A stretch of DNA of 64,000 bases from Ostrea edulis. Lineage: Eukaryota. The notes beneath the pieces are model-generated. The model made no database searches and was not told the DNA's origin. It worked only from the letters and a program-made list of their open reading frames with translations. A program made the position numbers and the translations under genes. Location: NCBI RefSeq assembly GCF_947568905.1, contig NC_079172.1:34658001-34722000 (forward strand). The letters are read 5' to 3'. Below, one piece after another: positions 50,437 through 62,869 of the stretch. Position 1 is the first letter of the stretch. Each line of letters begins with the position of its first letter.

Positions 50437-53400
50437 TGCGTCTAGTGTGTTGGCAAAGTATTTTTGTTCTTGTCACCTCTTGCTTTCAGCCTCCACCGCT
50501 GACTAGCACCTCTGCTTGCAGCAACGCGAATAGGTAAACCGAGTGCGTAAGTCTTGCCCTGCCAGTACATCGTCTCTCCAGCCCTATGTAGTGGCGACTC
50601 ACGTCAACTGACTACACTCTGTAGCCAGGCTAGACTACAAGGGACTCGGAGGAGGTCTGGCCCCTAGACGTACGGCATGCATGGCCCACCGGCGTGTGTA
50701 TACGCTCTGGTGTCCACAATCCAGACTCCAAGCTATGGATCAAATAGCTCCGCTGCCTTGTGGATGGCTCGGGAAAGTCCAAGGCTAGGGGGAATCAACC
50801 CAAACAGAATATCAGGAGCGGAACCCCTTAGGTGGTTGATTATGCACTGCGACATCTTCTGGCAACTCCTTTAGCTGCGCTGACACCGACCGTATCGGCT
50901 AGCCTATCCATCGGACCTTACCAGCAACGCTGAGAGGGGGATCCTGGCGACTGGGCACTCCAGGATCTCCATATCATCTGCCCAGGCCTGCACCTGGAGA
51001 GGTCACTCCAGCTTCGCTGTACCAGCGAAGGCAGAATACGGGAGCAGCAGTTACCAGTGACAAGCTCAAGTTCGTTTGGTGTAGAGCTGGGCGCTAGGGA
51101 TTGCTCCTGACGGTGGGAGGAATTTCCAGATTCCATTGGGTAGTTACCGCCCGCCTTACCCGAGCAGTCCTCGGGCAGTTAGGTACTACTCCGCCACATC
51201 GTGCTTGCTTCATTGGGTGCATTGAGTTTAGACAAAATCGACAGACAAATTGTAAAACCCAGCACCAGGTAAACAACAAAGATATCAAAAGAAGACTCCA
51301 GTTCTTCGAATTGCCAGCTGGAACGTGAGAACCATGTGACCCGGCTTCAACAGTGACCCGGAGACCATGGATGACCTATGGAAGACCGCCGTCATTGACA
51401 GAGAGCTCCACCATCTTTGCACTACAAGAAACCAGACTGGTGATGACGGATCTCTGCGTGAACGAAACTACACGTTCTTCTGGCAGGAGAAGAAGGCAGA
51501 TGAACTCAGGATTCACGGTGTGGGCTTCGCACTGAAGAACTCCCTGCTGTCCAATATGGAACCTCCAACAGGGAACAAAGAGACCCCTGACCCTGCGGAT
51601 GGCTACAGGTACGCGTGCAGTCAATTTTGTGTGCGCCTATGCCCCAACTCCGAGCTCCACTGTAGAAGAGAAATACCAGTTCTATGATGCCCTTGACTCT
51701 ATCGTCCATACCATACTCAACAAAGAAGCACTCTTCATCATAGGGGACTTCAACGCAAGAGTTGATGCGGACTTTGTAGTCTGGACTTCAGTCATCACAC
51801 ATTATGGGATTTGGAAGATGAATGACAACGGTCAGAGGCTTCTTGAGCTGTGCTCCTATAACAGCATGTCTGTGACAAGCACCTTCTTCCAGCACAAAGA
51901 TAGACACAAAGTGTCATGGCACCATCCAAGATCTAAGCATTGGCATCATCCCGGCATGATACTGACCAGGAGGGGAGACCTGAACAATGTGAAGAATACC
52001 AGAAGCATGCACAGTGCTGATTGCGACACGGACTGCACCCTAGTCCGCTCCAAGATCCCCCTCATCCCATGCAAAATGCACCACACCAAGGCCAAGAGCC
52101 TCATACGCATCAACGCTAGCCGAGCCTCATGCAGTTCTTTTTTCCAGAGACTACACGAAACTCAGAATCTCACTGGAAAAAACCCGAGATGTCATCACTG
52201 CAGATGCAAAGTGGAAGCAAATGCGTATATCCCTATACCAATCCGGACCAGAGGCCCTTGGGCGGAAGGAGCATCGAAACGAGGACTGGATTGAGAAGAA
52301 CTGGAAAGAGATGGAACCTGCAGTATAGGTCAAGTGTGCTGCGCACCTACATGTAGCATATGAGAAAAACTCATGCCAGGCCACAACAAACGCACTCAGC
52401 CAGCTACCCGTTCTGGACAAACTGGACGAGGAGCCAACAACAGAGGAAGTTAGCAATGTCATCGACTGTCTCGCCACCGGCAAAGCTCCTGGCGAAGATG
52501 GCATAACTCCAGAAGTGATCAAGGCGGGGAAAGAACTGATTGAGGACCTTCACAAACTACTTTGCCTGTGCTGGAGAGAGGGCTCCAAACTACGAGACAT
52601 GCGTGGCGCCAAGATAATGACTCTCTACAAAAACAAAGGCTACCATAGCGACTGTAACACCTACAGGGGCATTTCCCTGTTGAGCATTGTTCGCAAAGTC
52701 TGCAAGAATCATTTTAGCCCAACTGAAGATTCTAGCGGCACGAGTTTATCCTGAATCTCCGTGCGGATTCAGGAAAGGGAGATCCATCATTGACTACATG
52801 ATCCTCTCAGTGAGACAGCTGCAGGAGAAGTGCCAAGAGCAAAACGAACTATTTTCCTTGCCTTCATAGATCTGATGAAGGCGTTTGACCTCGTCGGCAG
52901 AAGGGACCTCTTCCAACTCCTGAAGAAGATCAGATACCCCCGAAGCTGAACTCCATCATTGTGTCCTTCCACACCGACATACTCAGCACATTGAGTTTAT
53001 ACTGAGCTACAACGACTCAACATCAGACCCGTTCCCCCATCAACAGTGGAGTAAAACAGGGATGTGTACTCGACCTAACCCTCTTCGGGATCTTTTTCTT
53101 GATGTTCCCGGCCCGTGCCTTCAAAGAGAACGAAGATTGAGCCTACCTGCAAACGCGGTACGACGGCAAGCTGTACCACCTGGCCAGACTACGTGCCAAG
53201 ACCAAGATCAGACATGTCACCATCAGGGCGACTCGTTTTGCCGATGATGCTGTCTTGTTAATGCACACTGAAGAAGCACCCCAAAGGCTGATTTACCGCT
53301 TCGCAATGGTGTGCGATGAATTTGATCTCACAATCAGCATAAAAAAGACTGAAGTGATGGGGTAGAGAACAGACCCCCGAGCATCCATATAGGGAGTCAG

Positions 53401-54228
53401 GGATTCAACGCAGTTGACAAACAGTACTTGGGGTCCACTATCAGTGCAAACCTCTCTCTTGAGCCAGAGATCAACTCCAGGATCCCCAAAGCAGCCGCAG
53501 TGATGTCAAAGCTACACAAGAGAGTGTGGGCCAACAACATCCTGACGGAGAATACTAAGATGCAGGAGTACAGAGCCTGTGTCTTGTCCACACTCCTATA
53601 CTCCAGCGAAACTTGGACATCATACACTGTCCAGGAAAAGCAACTGAACAGCTTCCATCTGCGCTATCTAAGACGCATACTCGTGGTCAGAGGGCAGAAG
53701 AGAATCCCCAATACTGAGGTGCTGGAGAGCGCTGGACTGCCAACCATCTACACCCTCCTCAGTTAGCGCTGCCTCCACTGGCTAGGCCACGTTTGCAGAA
53801 TGGGGGATGGCAGGATGCCTAAGGATCTGCTATATTGGGAACTCTCGGGAGGCTCTAGACCCCATGACCGCTCCAGACTGCGCTTCAAAGACATCTACAA
53901 AAGGGATATGAAGAGTGCTGGAATCGACACACAGTCGTGGGAAAGCCTTGCAAGGTCCCGGGACTCTTGGAGAGCCGCTGTGCAGATCGGCACCAAATAA
54001 GATGGCAAGAAGCGCATCGACTCCCTGAAGAAGAAGAAGAGAGACACCCGCAAGTTCAGCTTCAGAGGCCAGGTGGTGACAATCCACACCTGTACCATTT
54101 GCGGCAAAGACTGCCACTCCCACATTGGCCTTCACAGCCACACGAGGAGATGCAGCAAACAAGACCTGACTTAGCATGGTGCAGCTATCGTCTCTCGAGA
54201 CGGAAGGAGACCGACGACGGTGACGAGT
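50437..54228 (+). mobile_element. RTE-clade non-LTR retrotransposon, near full length, inactivated
   Basis: APE domain (ASWNVRT, GVGFA, YAPT, GDFNARV, SADCDTD) and RT (PGEDGI, YRGISLLS, GVKQGC, LFADD). C-terminal CTICGKDCHSHIGLHSHTRRC. Possible degenerate TSD ATGGCT(--/TT)GAT(G/T)TGA at 50424-36 and 54229-43. Many frameshifts and stops. Confidence 0.9.
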
Positions 54229-54432
54229 ATGGCTTTGATTTGAAAGCTAAACTTTACAGCTAGTTGATGGCTCAAGTCTACGTACGGGTAGAGGAAGGGG
54301 TTCCTTCTTTAATAGCCTATCCTATCGGCGAAAGTGTTCATCTAAGATGAAATTTCTTTAGGGGACGAAATAGAAATTTGAATCAAGTGAAGAAAATGAA
54401 AATTTCTTATCTCTTTATTTCTGAACATTTTT

Positions 54433-54609
54433 TTAAATCCCATTCTCGTTCTTGTTTGTTTTCTCAGTTTCTTTGAAATCAATGTTCTTTGTCTGAATTT
54501 GATCTTCCAAAGCCTTGCCTTTCGTCTCCGGAAACATGAGCGAAATAATAGCAGATAAAAACATTGAGCCCCCAAACAGAAAATAGAGCAGTCCTGGAAC
54601 CTTGGTGTT
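54433..54609 (-). CDS. SLC22-like exon 8 (terminal)
   Basis: TTCAG|AAC; NTKVPGLLYFLFGG...PETKGKALEDQ...-stop. Confidence 0.88.
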   Translation of the reverse strand, partial: NTKVPGLLYFLFGGSMFLSAIISLMFPETKGKALEDQIQTKNIDFKETEKTNKNENGI

Positions 54610-55201
54610 CTGAAAAGAATAAAAAGAATACGAATTATTCTTATTCAAAGCAAAAACTAAAGTGTTCTTAGGAACATCGTGTCGAGTGTGATTACCTCAG
54701 TTAATTAACATTATTTTACTCACCAAGTGAACGAGTTAACATTAATTTACTCACCAAGTGAACGAGTTAGCATTAATTTACTAACTAGTGAAAGAGTTAA
54801 CATTATTTTACTCACCAAGTGAACAATTTGAGGGGCAATCATTGCTCCAACACGTGACACTGAACTCAGAAATCCGTACGAAATGTTTCTACAATAATGC
54901 ATGACTGTCATATAGATTAGTTTTTGTGATTAGTTCGACTACATAAAAATTATTTCCGTAAATACTCTAATAAGATTATAATAACGAGATATTTTTGCAA
55001 ACATAATTAGTTTTCTGTCTCCGGCATGCTCCCACCCCACTTTGACATCCATGAAAAAAATAAAAACATATTGACCTATGACCTTTTGATTAGACATTCA
55101 ACGTGATTCATGTAATAGTTATACTAATGACGAGTCGGTCGATGAAATTTCCCGACTGTCGGGTAAAGGGTCTTACTTTATCAATAAAAACTATATGAAA
55201 A

Positions 55202-55243
<42 letters not shown>

Positions 55244-58200
55244 AATTTTAAAGTAGAATAGATAGAAAGTCTCGTTATCTTTTTTTTTTTAAATTATTTT
55301 AGCTTTTACGTATTTTGACCTTTCAACCCAGAAAACCAATAGGCAACTTTCACCTCCCATCCATTGCAAACAAAATACTTATTCGACCGCACACACATGC
55401 ATGTACATATTCAATTTCATTTGCGGATTTGATTTACTTATCCTAAAGTTTGAGAATTTTCACACTTATTGGGAAGGATCCAGCTGTAGGTAAATTTGTG
55501 TCTGGCGCTCAAGGTCATAGCAGTGGAAATTTTGTAACATTTTCAAGGTTATATTTGAAACCATACAACGATTGATTGTTTGCTGTGATTCTGAGGTCAG
55601 ACGATAATCTCTGGAATTATTGCGTGTCGTTTGGTTATTCCTTTTGAATACTAACCTAATCACTGTGGGATAGAGTTCAGTAGTGTACGTCATAAGAGCT
55701 GGCCATGCCGCCGACACTCCCAATTTGGCCGCCAGGGAGAATCCTGTGATCATGCTCGCCTTGTCTGGGACGTCTACAGTGAACAAGCAGAAATGTCATG
55801 TATATACCAACGGAATGGTAATATCCATTTTCCTAATCGTGTGAATTTTGTAGATTCCACCAATGCCTAATATTACCTCTGCAGGGAAATATGTAACAAC
55901 AAATTACATTACAAAAGCTGATATTTTCGCTAACACGCGATTTTCGTTGGAGTTAAAAATTAAAACTGCACAGTGAAAATGACTGTCCTCAACACAACAT
56001 CGAAATACAAATTGGTTTTTTAACTTTGTACGGGAAACGCGAAATCACCAGGCGTGAATTTATAGCTCTTTAGACGCATGAAAGTACAAACATTGTGGAA
56101 TGCCATTTCAACTGGACAAATTTGTCATATGCACGTTTTACTTTAATTTGAAATGATGAGAAAGGATTATAAGAATGATTTGTTTATGGATATCGCACTA
56201 AATGGTTAAAATGACGTCATTGAAAACGTAATGTTGATGTCCATCAACACATTGTACATATCTTCTTAATAAATGTAGTTACACGTTGTAAATTAATTAT
56301 AAAGAGATCTCTAAAAATTGTTCAAACCCATGAATAAATTAGACAGTACTGTCCAGTAAGTCGGAATTGATAGACGACCTTATAAACTATGTTTATTTAG
56401 CTTAGATAATATTGGCGGATCCAGGATTTGTTAAAATGGGGACCCAATAGGAGGGGACCGCTACAAGTAACTCCTCGGTTAGGACAAGTCTTTTATCCCA
56501 CGTCCAAAAACATTTGAAATGAAAAGAATATAAAATCTGAAAAATGTGTAATGAAGACTTAACTCAGAATTGAGAAAGATATACGTACGCATTCGGGTTA
56601 CGCGAGGACGTTTCTGTCCGCTTTACCGCGTAACGACCTCAAGTGGAGATATTTCCCTATACTCAATCAACAACCCATAAGTAATTCACAAGTAATTCAT
56701 CACCAGTCAGTCCTAAAGGTTAATGTAGCTGCCACTCACCCACTATTTGTAGGGTGGCTGCCACGAGCCCAGCCACCGCAGCAATCATAAACAGCAGACA
56801 GCACGTCCAACGTCGCCCGATCCTGTTAAACGTAACATTGAAATCTTTGGAATACAATGTACCTCTTTTTTGTAAAAGGACAGTTTTCCTGATAAAATGA
56901 TATCTACTAGGCTCAAATATAGTGTCTACATACTTACCAGTGCTTAAGAATTTGGTATTAAATATCTTGCTGTGGCCTTCAATGCGACATTTAGATATAT
57001 CGACGATGTATTATATATTAACAATAATAATTTTCATTCATATGTCGATTCAATATAACCCAGTGAAATCGAAATAAAAGAAACCACAGAGTTGTCCACT
57101 TCTCCTCCATACTTAGATATTTTATTGAAAGTAGATATTAACGGCAAACTAACAACTGTACTCTATGACAATCCACTATTTTGTCAACTTCTCCATCGTC
57201 AACTTCCAATATTTTGTAACAACATTCCATTATCACCTGCATATTGTGTTTACATCTCTCAAATGATTCGATACGCAAGAGCTTGTTCTGCGTATGGTCA
57301 GTTTTTAAATCGAAGCAGGCTACTGACAAACAAGTTGATGGTGCAGGGGTTCCAACAGTCTCGTTTAAAATCAGCATTTCTCAAATTCTATGGTCGTTAT
57401 AACGATCTAGTTTGTCAATACAACCTACCATTGAGTCAAATACTGTCTGACGTGTTTCATGTCGATTGTTAGGCCGTTCTTGGCACACTGATTTTGACTA
57501 CGGATTCGTTTAAATTCGGATACGGTTCGTTTAAAATACAGTTGTGATGATGAACCTTACAAACAAAGACAATGTTATTACAAGCTTTGTCAGTTGGAAC
57601 CTCATGTAACCCATCTAATTCTTTTATCACTTCTAGTCTACTAAACACAGTTGGATGGATGGTACGTACGTTTGTTTTAATATGTCTAATGCGGGATTTT
57701 AATATTCCTCTTATACTTTTAATCCATTTTGACAATGTATCAATTTCTTCTTTTTAATATTTAGCCCATCGTCTAGCATGATCTTCGACAGAATTCATAA
57801 TAGAGATGAAGTTCTGTCGCCAATTGCAAGACCGAGGCTCTCTGTATTTAGAACCTTTTATAAAGTGATCTGAGGTCCTCATTTTCAACTATATCAACGT
57901 CACCAGTAATGACATGTCCAGCTGGAATATAGTTGAAAGAATATAAAGAACACGTAGGTGGATTAAGTATAAGATGGTCTATATCTAGGCACTGTAAAGT
58001 TTGTTTATAATTAAAACGTTTGGAAGCAATAGTAGAAGTATAGCTGTAGGAAATGCTGGGCGTATACTTGAACTTGAAATAAGTTGGAATACAGGACTGA
58101 ACTCTTTTATGACGAAGAATGTTGCTTATGTTGACGGCATCTACATAAATATGGATTGATTGGTTGCATTTTATTTAACGTCCCGCTTGAGAATGTTTCA

Positions 58201-61200
58201 CTCATGTGGAAACATCACCATCGCTGATGAAGGGTTGCAAAATTTAGGCCTATGCTCGGTGCTTATGGCCCTTGAGAAGGAAGGGATCTTTATACCTCGT
58301 TTTTGCGGACTCATTCGAAGGACCGCTCCATTCAGTCGCCTCTTACAGCAAGCAAGGGGTGATGAGGACCTATTCTAACCTGGATCAACAATGGTGAAAC
58401 TGAAATCATCCCGTTTCGGTTTGTCATAAAGCCGAGTTGTTAATTAGTTTGCCGTTAAAGTTTACGCTCAATAAGATATTAAAATGTTAATTAGTTTGCC
58501 GTTAAAGTTTACGCTCAATAAGATATTAAAATGGAAGACTCTGTGGTGTCTTTTATTTCGAATTGAACGGGATATATACAATCGACATATGAATGAAATT
58601 TAATATTATTCATAGATAAAAGATCGTCGATATATCTAATCAAATGTCGAGCTTGGGGCCACAGCAATATATTTTTCTCACGTACAATTGAAGCTTTGAA
58701 TAAATTCTGCCACATAACACTACAAAATCAAAAGGAGCATAATCGGTGCGCATGGAAATTCCCACAGACTATTGGAAGACCTGATCACATAATACTACGT
58801 AGATAACAATATGGAACTCCAGCATCTTTTAATATCATCTTAAGAGTACATGTGCGTAGAATAAGAATGGTGCTTAACAATTAATTGAAAAATCTTTTTA
58901 AACCTGTTGTTGAGATACCAAGAGCTGAGGGTTCCTGGTATTTCCACGACGCTTAGAAGAAACATGTTGACGTAGAGGCTTCCGGATAACTGGCCCACAC
59001 CAAATGTTATGGCGTAGTATGAATACCCACATGACAGCCTATAGTATGACACATCTATATTTCAATGGTGTAAAGTTTAGTTATTATGATGATTATTTCA
59101 TATATGCTTCTTTAAATCTACAAAGATCTTTGTCATAATGAGAAACATTTATGTAAAACAGCTGCAGGCAATTAACTTCTAGTGATTATTTGTAACGGAA
59201 CCTTACCAACAAAACATCAAAAGACATGACGTTTGAAGAAAGTTTCCATGGCGAAATATATCAATGAGCGTAAATTTCTTATTCGATTCACCCACGGACT
59301 TGTAGATGACATCCTGTAGTTTGGTCAGATCGGGCACCTCTCTGTTGTTGGTTCGAGCCACTTTTTTTATTACCTCCATAGATTTCTCCACTTTGTAACG
59401 GGAGGCCAGCCAACGGAAGCTTTCTGGTATAACTCTGAAAGATTTTGAATCCAATGTACTGGTTTAATTATACTTAACATTCAAAAATTACCTATTGGGT
59501 TAATATGGTATATTTCTACTTTGCACCATAAAGCTTTAACGAGAAAAAATAATTTAACCATTCCAATGGTAAACGGCTTATGTCTTTAAAAGCACTTTAT
59601 TTTGCAATCACTCAGCATTAAAGTAATATTGGCTCTAAATTTTTTAATATTTTGTAGTAAAAATGTGCTCATTTGATAGTTTTGTATGTAACTTTAACCG
59701 TAGTCATTAACTGAATCAAAATTAAGTGTAAAATTTTAATGATCAAAATTAAGATTTCAGTTCTATCGGATATATAACATTATATAGAAATCAATTTTGG
59801 TACGAGAAGATAATAATGTAATTTTGCTTCATCCAGAGCCCCTGGATAGGTTTTCTAACACAATTACTAATAACAAAAGTTTGTTTAACTTTTTCTGTCA
59901 TTGAAATAGTAAATCACAACTTTGCAACAAGAATTTTTGACACCAAAATGAGAGCTAGTATTGTCTTAACAAGCAGAAATAATTCAACCATTTATGTGGC
60001 AAATGTCTTGTCTTTAAAATCATTTTATTTTGCAGTCACTCACAGAGTGCTCAGCAGTGTAGAGGCAGTAACAATCGTAGTCGCATAATGAAGGTTCTTC
60101 CAATCTCGAAGCCACCAAGCCATCAAACCAAACATCGCCGCAAAAATCGGAAACGCGGGAAAAGCTGTGATCATCGGACGGTATTTCTTGGGGATGAACT
60201 CGATCATGTAAATATACATCGTTGCTAGGTATATTCCGCTCCCTAACCCGATCAGAAATCGAAGTACAGCAAACATCTCCCAGGAAATTGAGAAAGCAGC
60301 AATCAAATTCGATATCGTCATTATGAGCAAGGAGAGGACAAAGGTCGGTTTTCTTCCAAACGTGTCCGAGAGCTGACCAGCCAGGATACCGCTGACCAAT
60401 AGACCCCCCATCTGGATTGTTGTAATGGTAGAGGTCACCCAGTCCTTGTCACAGATTAACCCCCACTGAAGTTAGAAATGAAAACAAATGCATAATTTTA
60501 CCCCAGGCCTGTTTTAGGAATTTGAAATAGGACCGAATTTATCAAGTGTTTATTAACTTATGTAACTTGTTGGGGCAGGTGGAATATTTCAGTTTTTCCA
60601 CAAGGAAAAAAATCTCACAAATCCTGTAAAGAACACAAAATTGAAAGTTGGGCAACCCCTCGAAACATCTGAGGTGGGACTAGGCGTCTAAGAAGAGTAA
60701 GCATCCCTGTTGACCGGTCACACCCGAATCTTAGACGAGTAAGTAGGTTACACATTTTAATGGGCATACTAGCGCCTATATAGGGAGTGGAATAAAAAAG
60801 TGTATTTTGTCATCAAAGACGTTCGATGAATTAAACTATTGGTAGTCGTAATAAGAGTCACGCATCTTTTGGGTATATTCTGTCTGTCCCGTCAGGCGTT
60901 TGCACGAAAAAGAACTCTCGCCGCTAAGGTCTTGCTCTTCAAGCATAGATCAAAACATAAGGCAATTTATCTACAGATTGTGACGTTTCTATTTGAGTGT
61001 AAAATTGGACGTTAAGCACCAAACGAAACTTATGTTAAACATCTAGGGTTGCAGCAGCCGCCATGATAGAGGATCGAACTCATGACCTCTAGGTTGGACA
61101 CTTTGTGTCTTATCCACAAGAATATCGATGAAAAAGAACCCTCAGTGTGCATTTATGAAATGCAGAGAGCTAAATACTATGGAATAGTTGATTTTCCGAA

Positions 61201-61671
61201 ATCTATACTTTTGCTACAACTATAGAATGTCCACGGTGAATGAGGGATATATCACATTCTCTGCTTATATCATAAACATTAGAAATCACAATGTGTAGTA
61301 CACTATAAGAACATACATTCACAGCTAACGTCACCTCTGTGTGAGATTTTTACCTCATTGACCACAGTGTTCATGTCGTTGGAAAACCGGACACTGAAAC
61401 AATGTAATGGCGTCGACCCATTCCCGGGGAGTGAACATGCCTGATAGAATTCTAAAAGCCTACTCTCATTGTTCGCTGTAGATTCAATGGCGGAATCGTT
61501 CGTCCATTGACACCACCAGTCAGGGGTGGCGCCGCCAAACTGCATCATCAGAATTCCCCACGCGCAGGCCACCTTGCTGAGCATGGCGACACTGACCACT
61601 GTCCATTGAAATCTTCCGAATCCTCCACATTTATCGATGACGTCTTCCAGTAGTATGTTTAGCGATTCCAT
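54433..61671 (-). CDS. SLC22-family organic cation/carnitine transporter-like MFS protein, complete spliced CDS (8 exons, 1554 nt, 517 aa)
   Basis: Exons: 61354-61671, 60044-60465, 59207-59434, 58904-59038, 56740-56822, 55656-55773, 54816-54888, 54433-54609. All introns are GT-AG and phases match. Motifs: GGFGRFQ, WGLICD, LSDTFGRKP, PESFRWL, GRRW, ELYPTVIR, PETKG. Confidence 0.92.
54705..54824. repeat. 30/31-bp tandem repeat (about 4 copies) overlapping the SLC22 exon 7 donor
   Basis: Unit TTAACATTA(T/A)TTTACTCACCAAGTGAACGAG. Confidence 0.9.
54816..54888 (-). CDS. SLC22-like exon 7
   Basis: TGTAG|A AAC; NISYGFLSSVSRVGAMIAPQIVHL; donor TTG|GTGAGT. Not in the ORF track. Confidence 0.88.
55203..55238. 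repeat. (TA)n microsatellite
   Basis: About 17 units. Confidence 0.95.
55656..55773 (-). CDS. SLC22-like exon 6
   Basis: TGTAG|AC; VPDKAS...AKLGVSAAW...ELYPTVI; donor AG|GTTAGT. Confidence 0.88.
56740..56822 (-). CDS. SLC22-like exon 5
   Basis: AACAG|G ATC; IGRRWTCCLLFMIAAVAGLVAATLQIV; donor G|GTGAGT. Not in the ORF track. Confidence 0.88.
56962..58880. mobile_element. Rearranged Naiad pieces filling SLC22 intron 4
   Basis: + piece 56962-57505 (FRYIDDVL to stop and 3' region), - piece ~57520-58145 (linker region), - piece ~58390-58880 (RT). A Deu-type SINE lies between the two minus pieces. Confidence 0.78.
58150..58385 (-). mobile_element. Deu/Nin-type SINE
   Basis: GGATTGATTGG tail; body matches the other copies. 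Confidence 0.75.
58904..59038 (-). CDS. SLC22-like exon 4
   Basis: TAG|G CTG; LSCGYSYY...VEIPG...YLNN; weak donor AG|GTTTAA. Confidence 0.85.
59207..59434 (-). CDS. SLC22-like exon 3
   Basis: TTTCAG|A GTT; VIPESFRWL...; donor TG|GTAAGG. Confidence 0.9.
60044..60465 (-). CDS. SLC22-like exon 2
   Basis: TTCAG|TGG; WGLICDKDW...; donor CT|GTGAGT. Confidence 0.9.
60900..61125 (-). mobile_element. tRNA-derived SINE relic
   Basis: Minus strand GGATAAGACAC...GAGGTCATGAGTTCGATCCTC, with a SINE-like body and tail. Confidence 0.45.
61354..61671 (-). CDS. SLC22-like exon 1
   Basis: MESLNILLEDVIDKCGGFGRFQ...TVVNE; donor GAG|GTAAAA. Confidence 0.88.
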
Positions 61672-62419
61672 TTTAGAATTTGATGTTCAATATTGGCTCT
61701 TGTCAGAAAACGTTCGTCCTAATGACGAGATCCACGAATCAGCTGAAAAATAATTAATAATTACTTCATTTGAAAGATAAATTCGAAATTTCATCCCGTG
61801 TGTGTTGTAGGGAAAACACGATACACGTAGTACATTTCTGTATACAGAACCTCAAAGAATTTACAGATTGTTCTTTATCTGAAAACCGAAAATAATCAAG
61901 GAGCTGTTTACAAAATTTATCTAAAATGACAGATGAACAAACAATTCTGTGAACAAATTTTATTTTCAAAGGTAGATTCGTATAATGAAAACAAGAAGGT
62001 AAATACATGTAAACGCCGATCTAAATAACACGTGATACATAGCTTATGAAAGAATACAGCAATGATAATGAACCTTTACAGATACACGGGAGTTACTGTA
62101 CGATCTACGAGTACTTACCGGACAACACAAAATGTACGATGTATGGCAGCTCGATAATCTATAAAGAAAGAAAAATAGCAATTTTTAAATGAGATTTTAA
62201 CAAAAATAAAACAGTCTTCCGTTCTGACCGTAATAGAATTATCTATAGTTTATTTTAATTAACTATAGTAGTATTCTAGTTTTTACGATTAAAATACAAT
62301 TATAATGTATTTTCGATACAGCATCTTTTAGGAAGTAAATCAAAGTTAAGAATTGTCCACTCACATTGAGACGTTACCAGTTTTACATGAAGTGCCTCAA
62401 TTATCACATCATCATCCTG

Positions 62420-62540
62420 ACCAGTTACATGTAGCTAGGAACGTTGTCACTTGGGAACTCAGGTTTATTATGTTATGTACGAGCGGAGCTCAAGCTCACG
62501 ACCTCCTAACGCTTTAACCACTGAGCCAACGCGAGCGGTG
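62420..62540 (-). mobile_element. tRNA-derived SINE head
   Basis: Minus strand CCGCTCGCGTTGGCTCAGTGGTTAAAGCG...GGTCGTGAGCTTGAGCTCCGC; no intact cloverleaf. Confidence 0.5.
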
Positions 62541-62869
62541 AACTAATATCCTCTTCTAGAAGATTTGTAGGACTTTGGTTTCCGTATTTCGTTCGGGTAT
62601 ACTGTGTTCCAAGATTTGGAGGACAATGCCGTTAGATATCGCTCTACATTGCCGTCAATAGATAGGTCACCAAAACGCTCCAGACAAGATTCCACTTTAA
62701 CCAACAAAGGGTCAACACATTTGATTAACTTCAGACTTGATAAATTTTTCCGTCGCTGGAATCTTATATAATACCACCTGTACTTGAGTACAGTGATCTG
62801 CACTGTGTTTACCAACTTCATGTTTTGAGACATTTACGTAAGCATTTTTCTCTCCTATCATATAGAGGC

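Noticed and set aside
52151-54177. Minus-strand ORFs of 123 and 115 aa
   Set aside because: Antisense shadows of the GC-rich RTE coding sequence.
55125-55155. Second hammerhead (TGACGAGTCGGTCGATGAAATTTC)
   Set aside because: C3 of the core is missing, the stem II loop is too short and there is no stem I.
62480-62540. Functional tRNA genes (also 39495, 49800, 61070)
   Set aside because: Only A/B-box-like remnants attached to SINE bodies; no complete cloverleaf.
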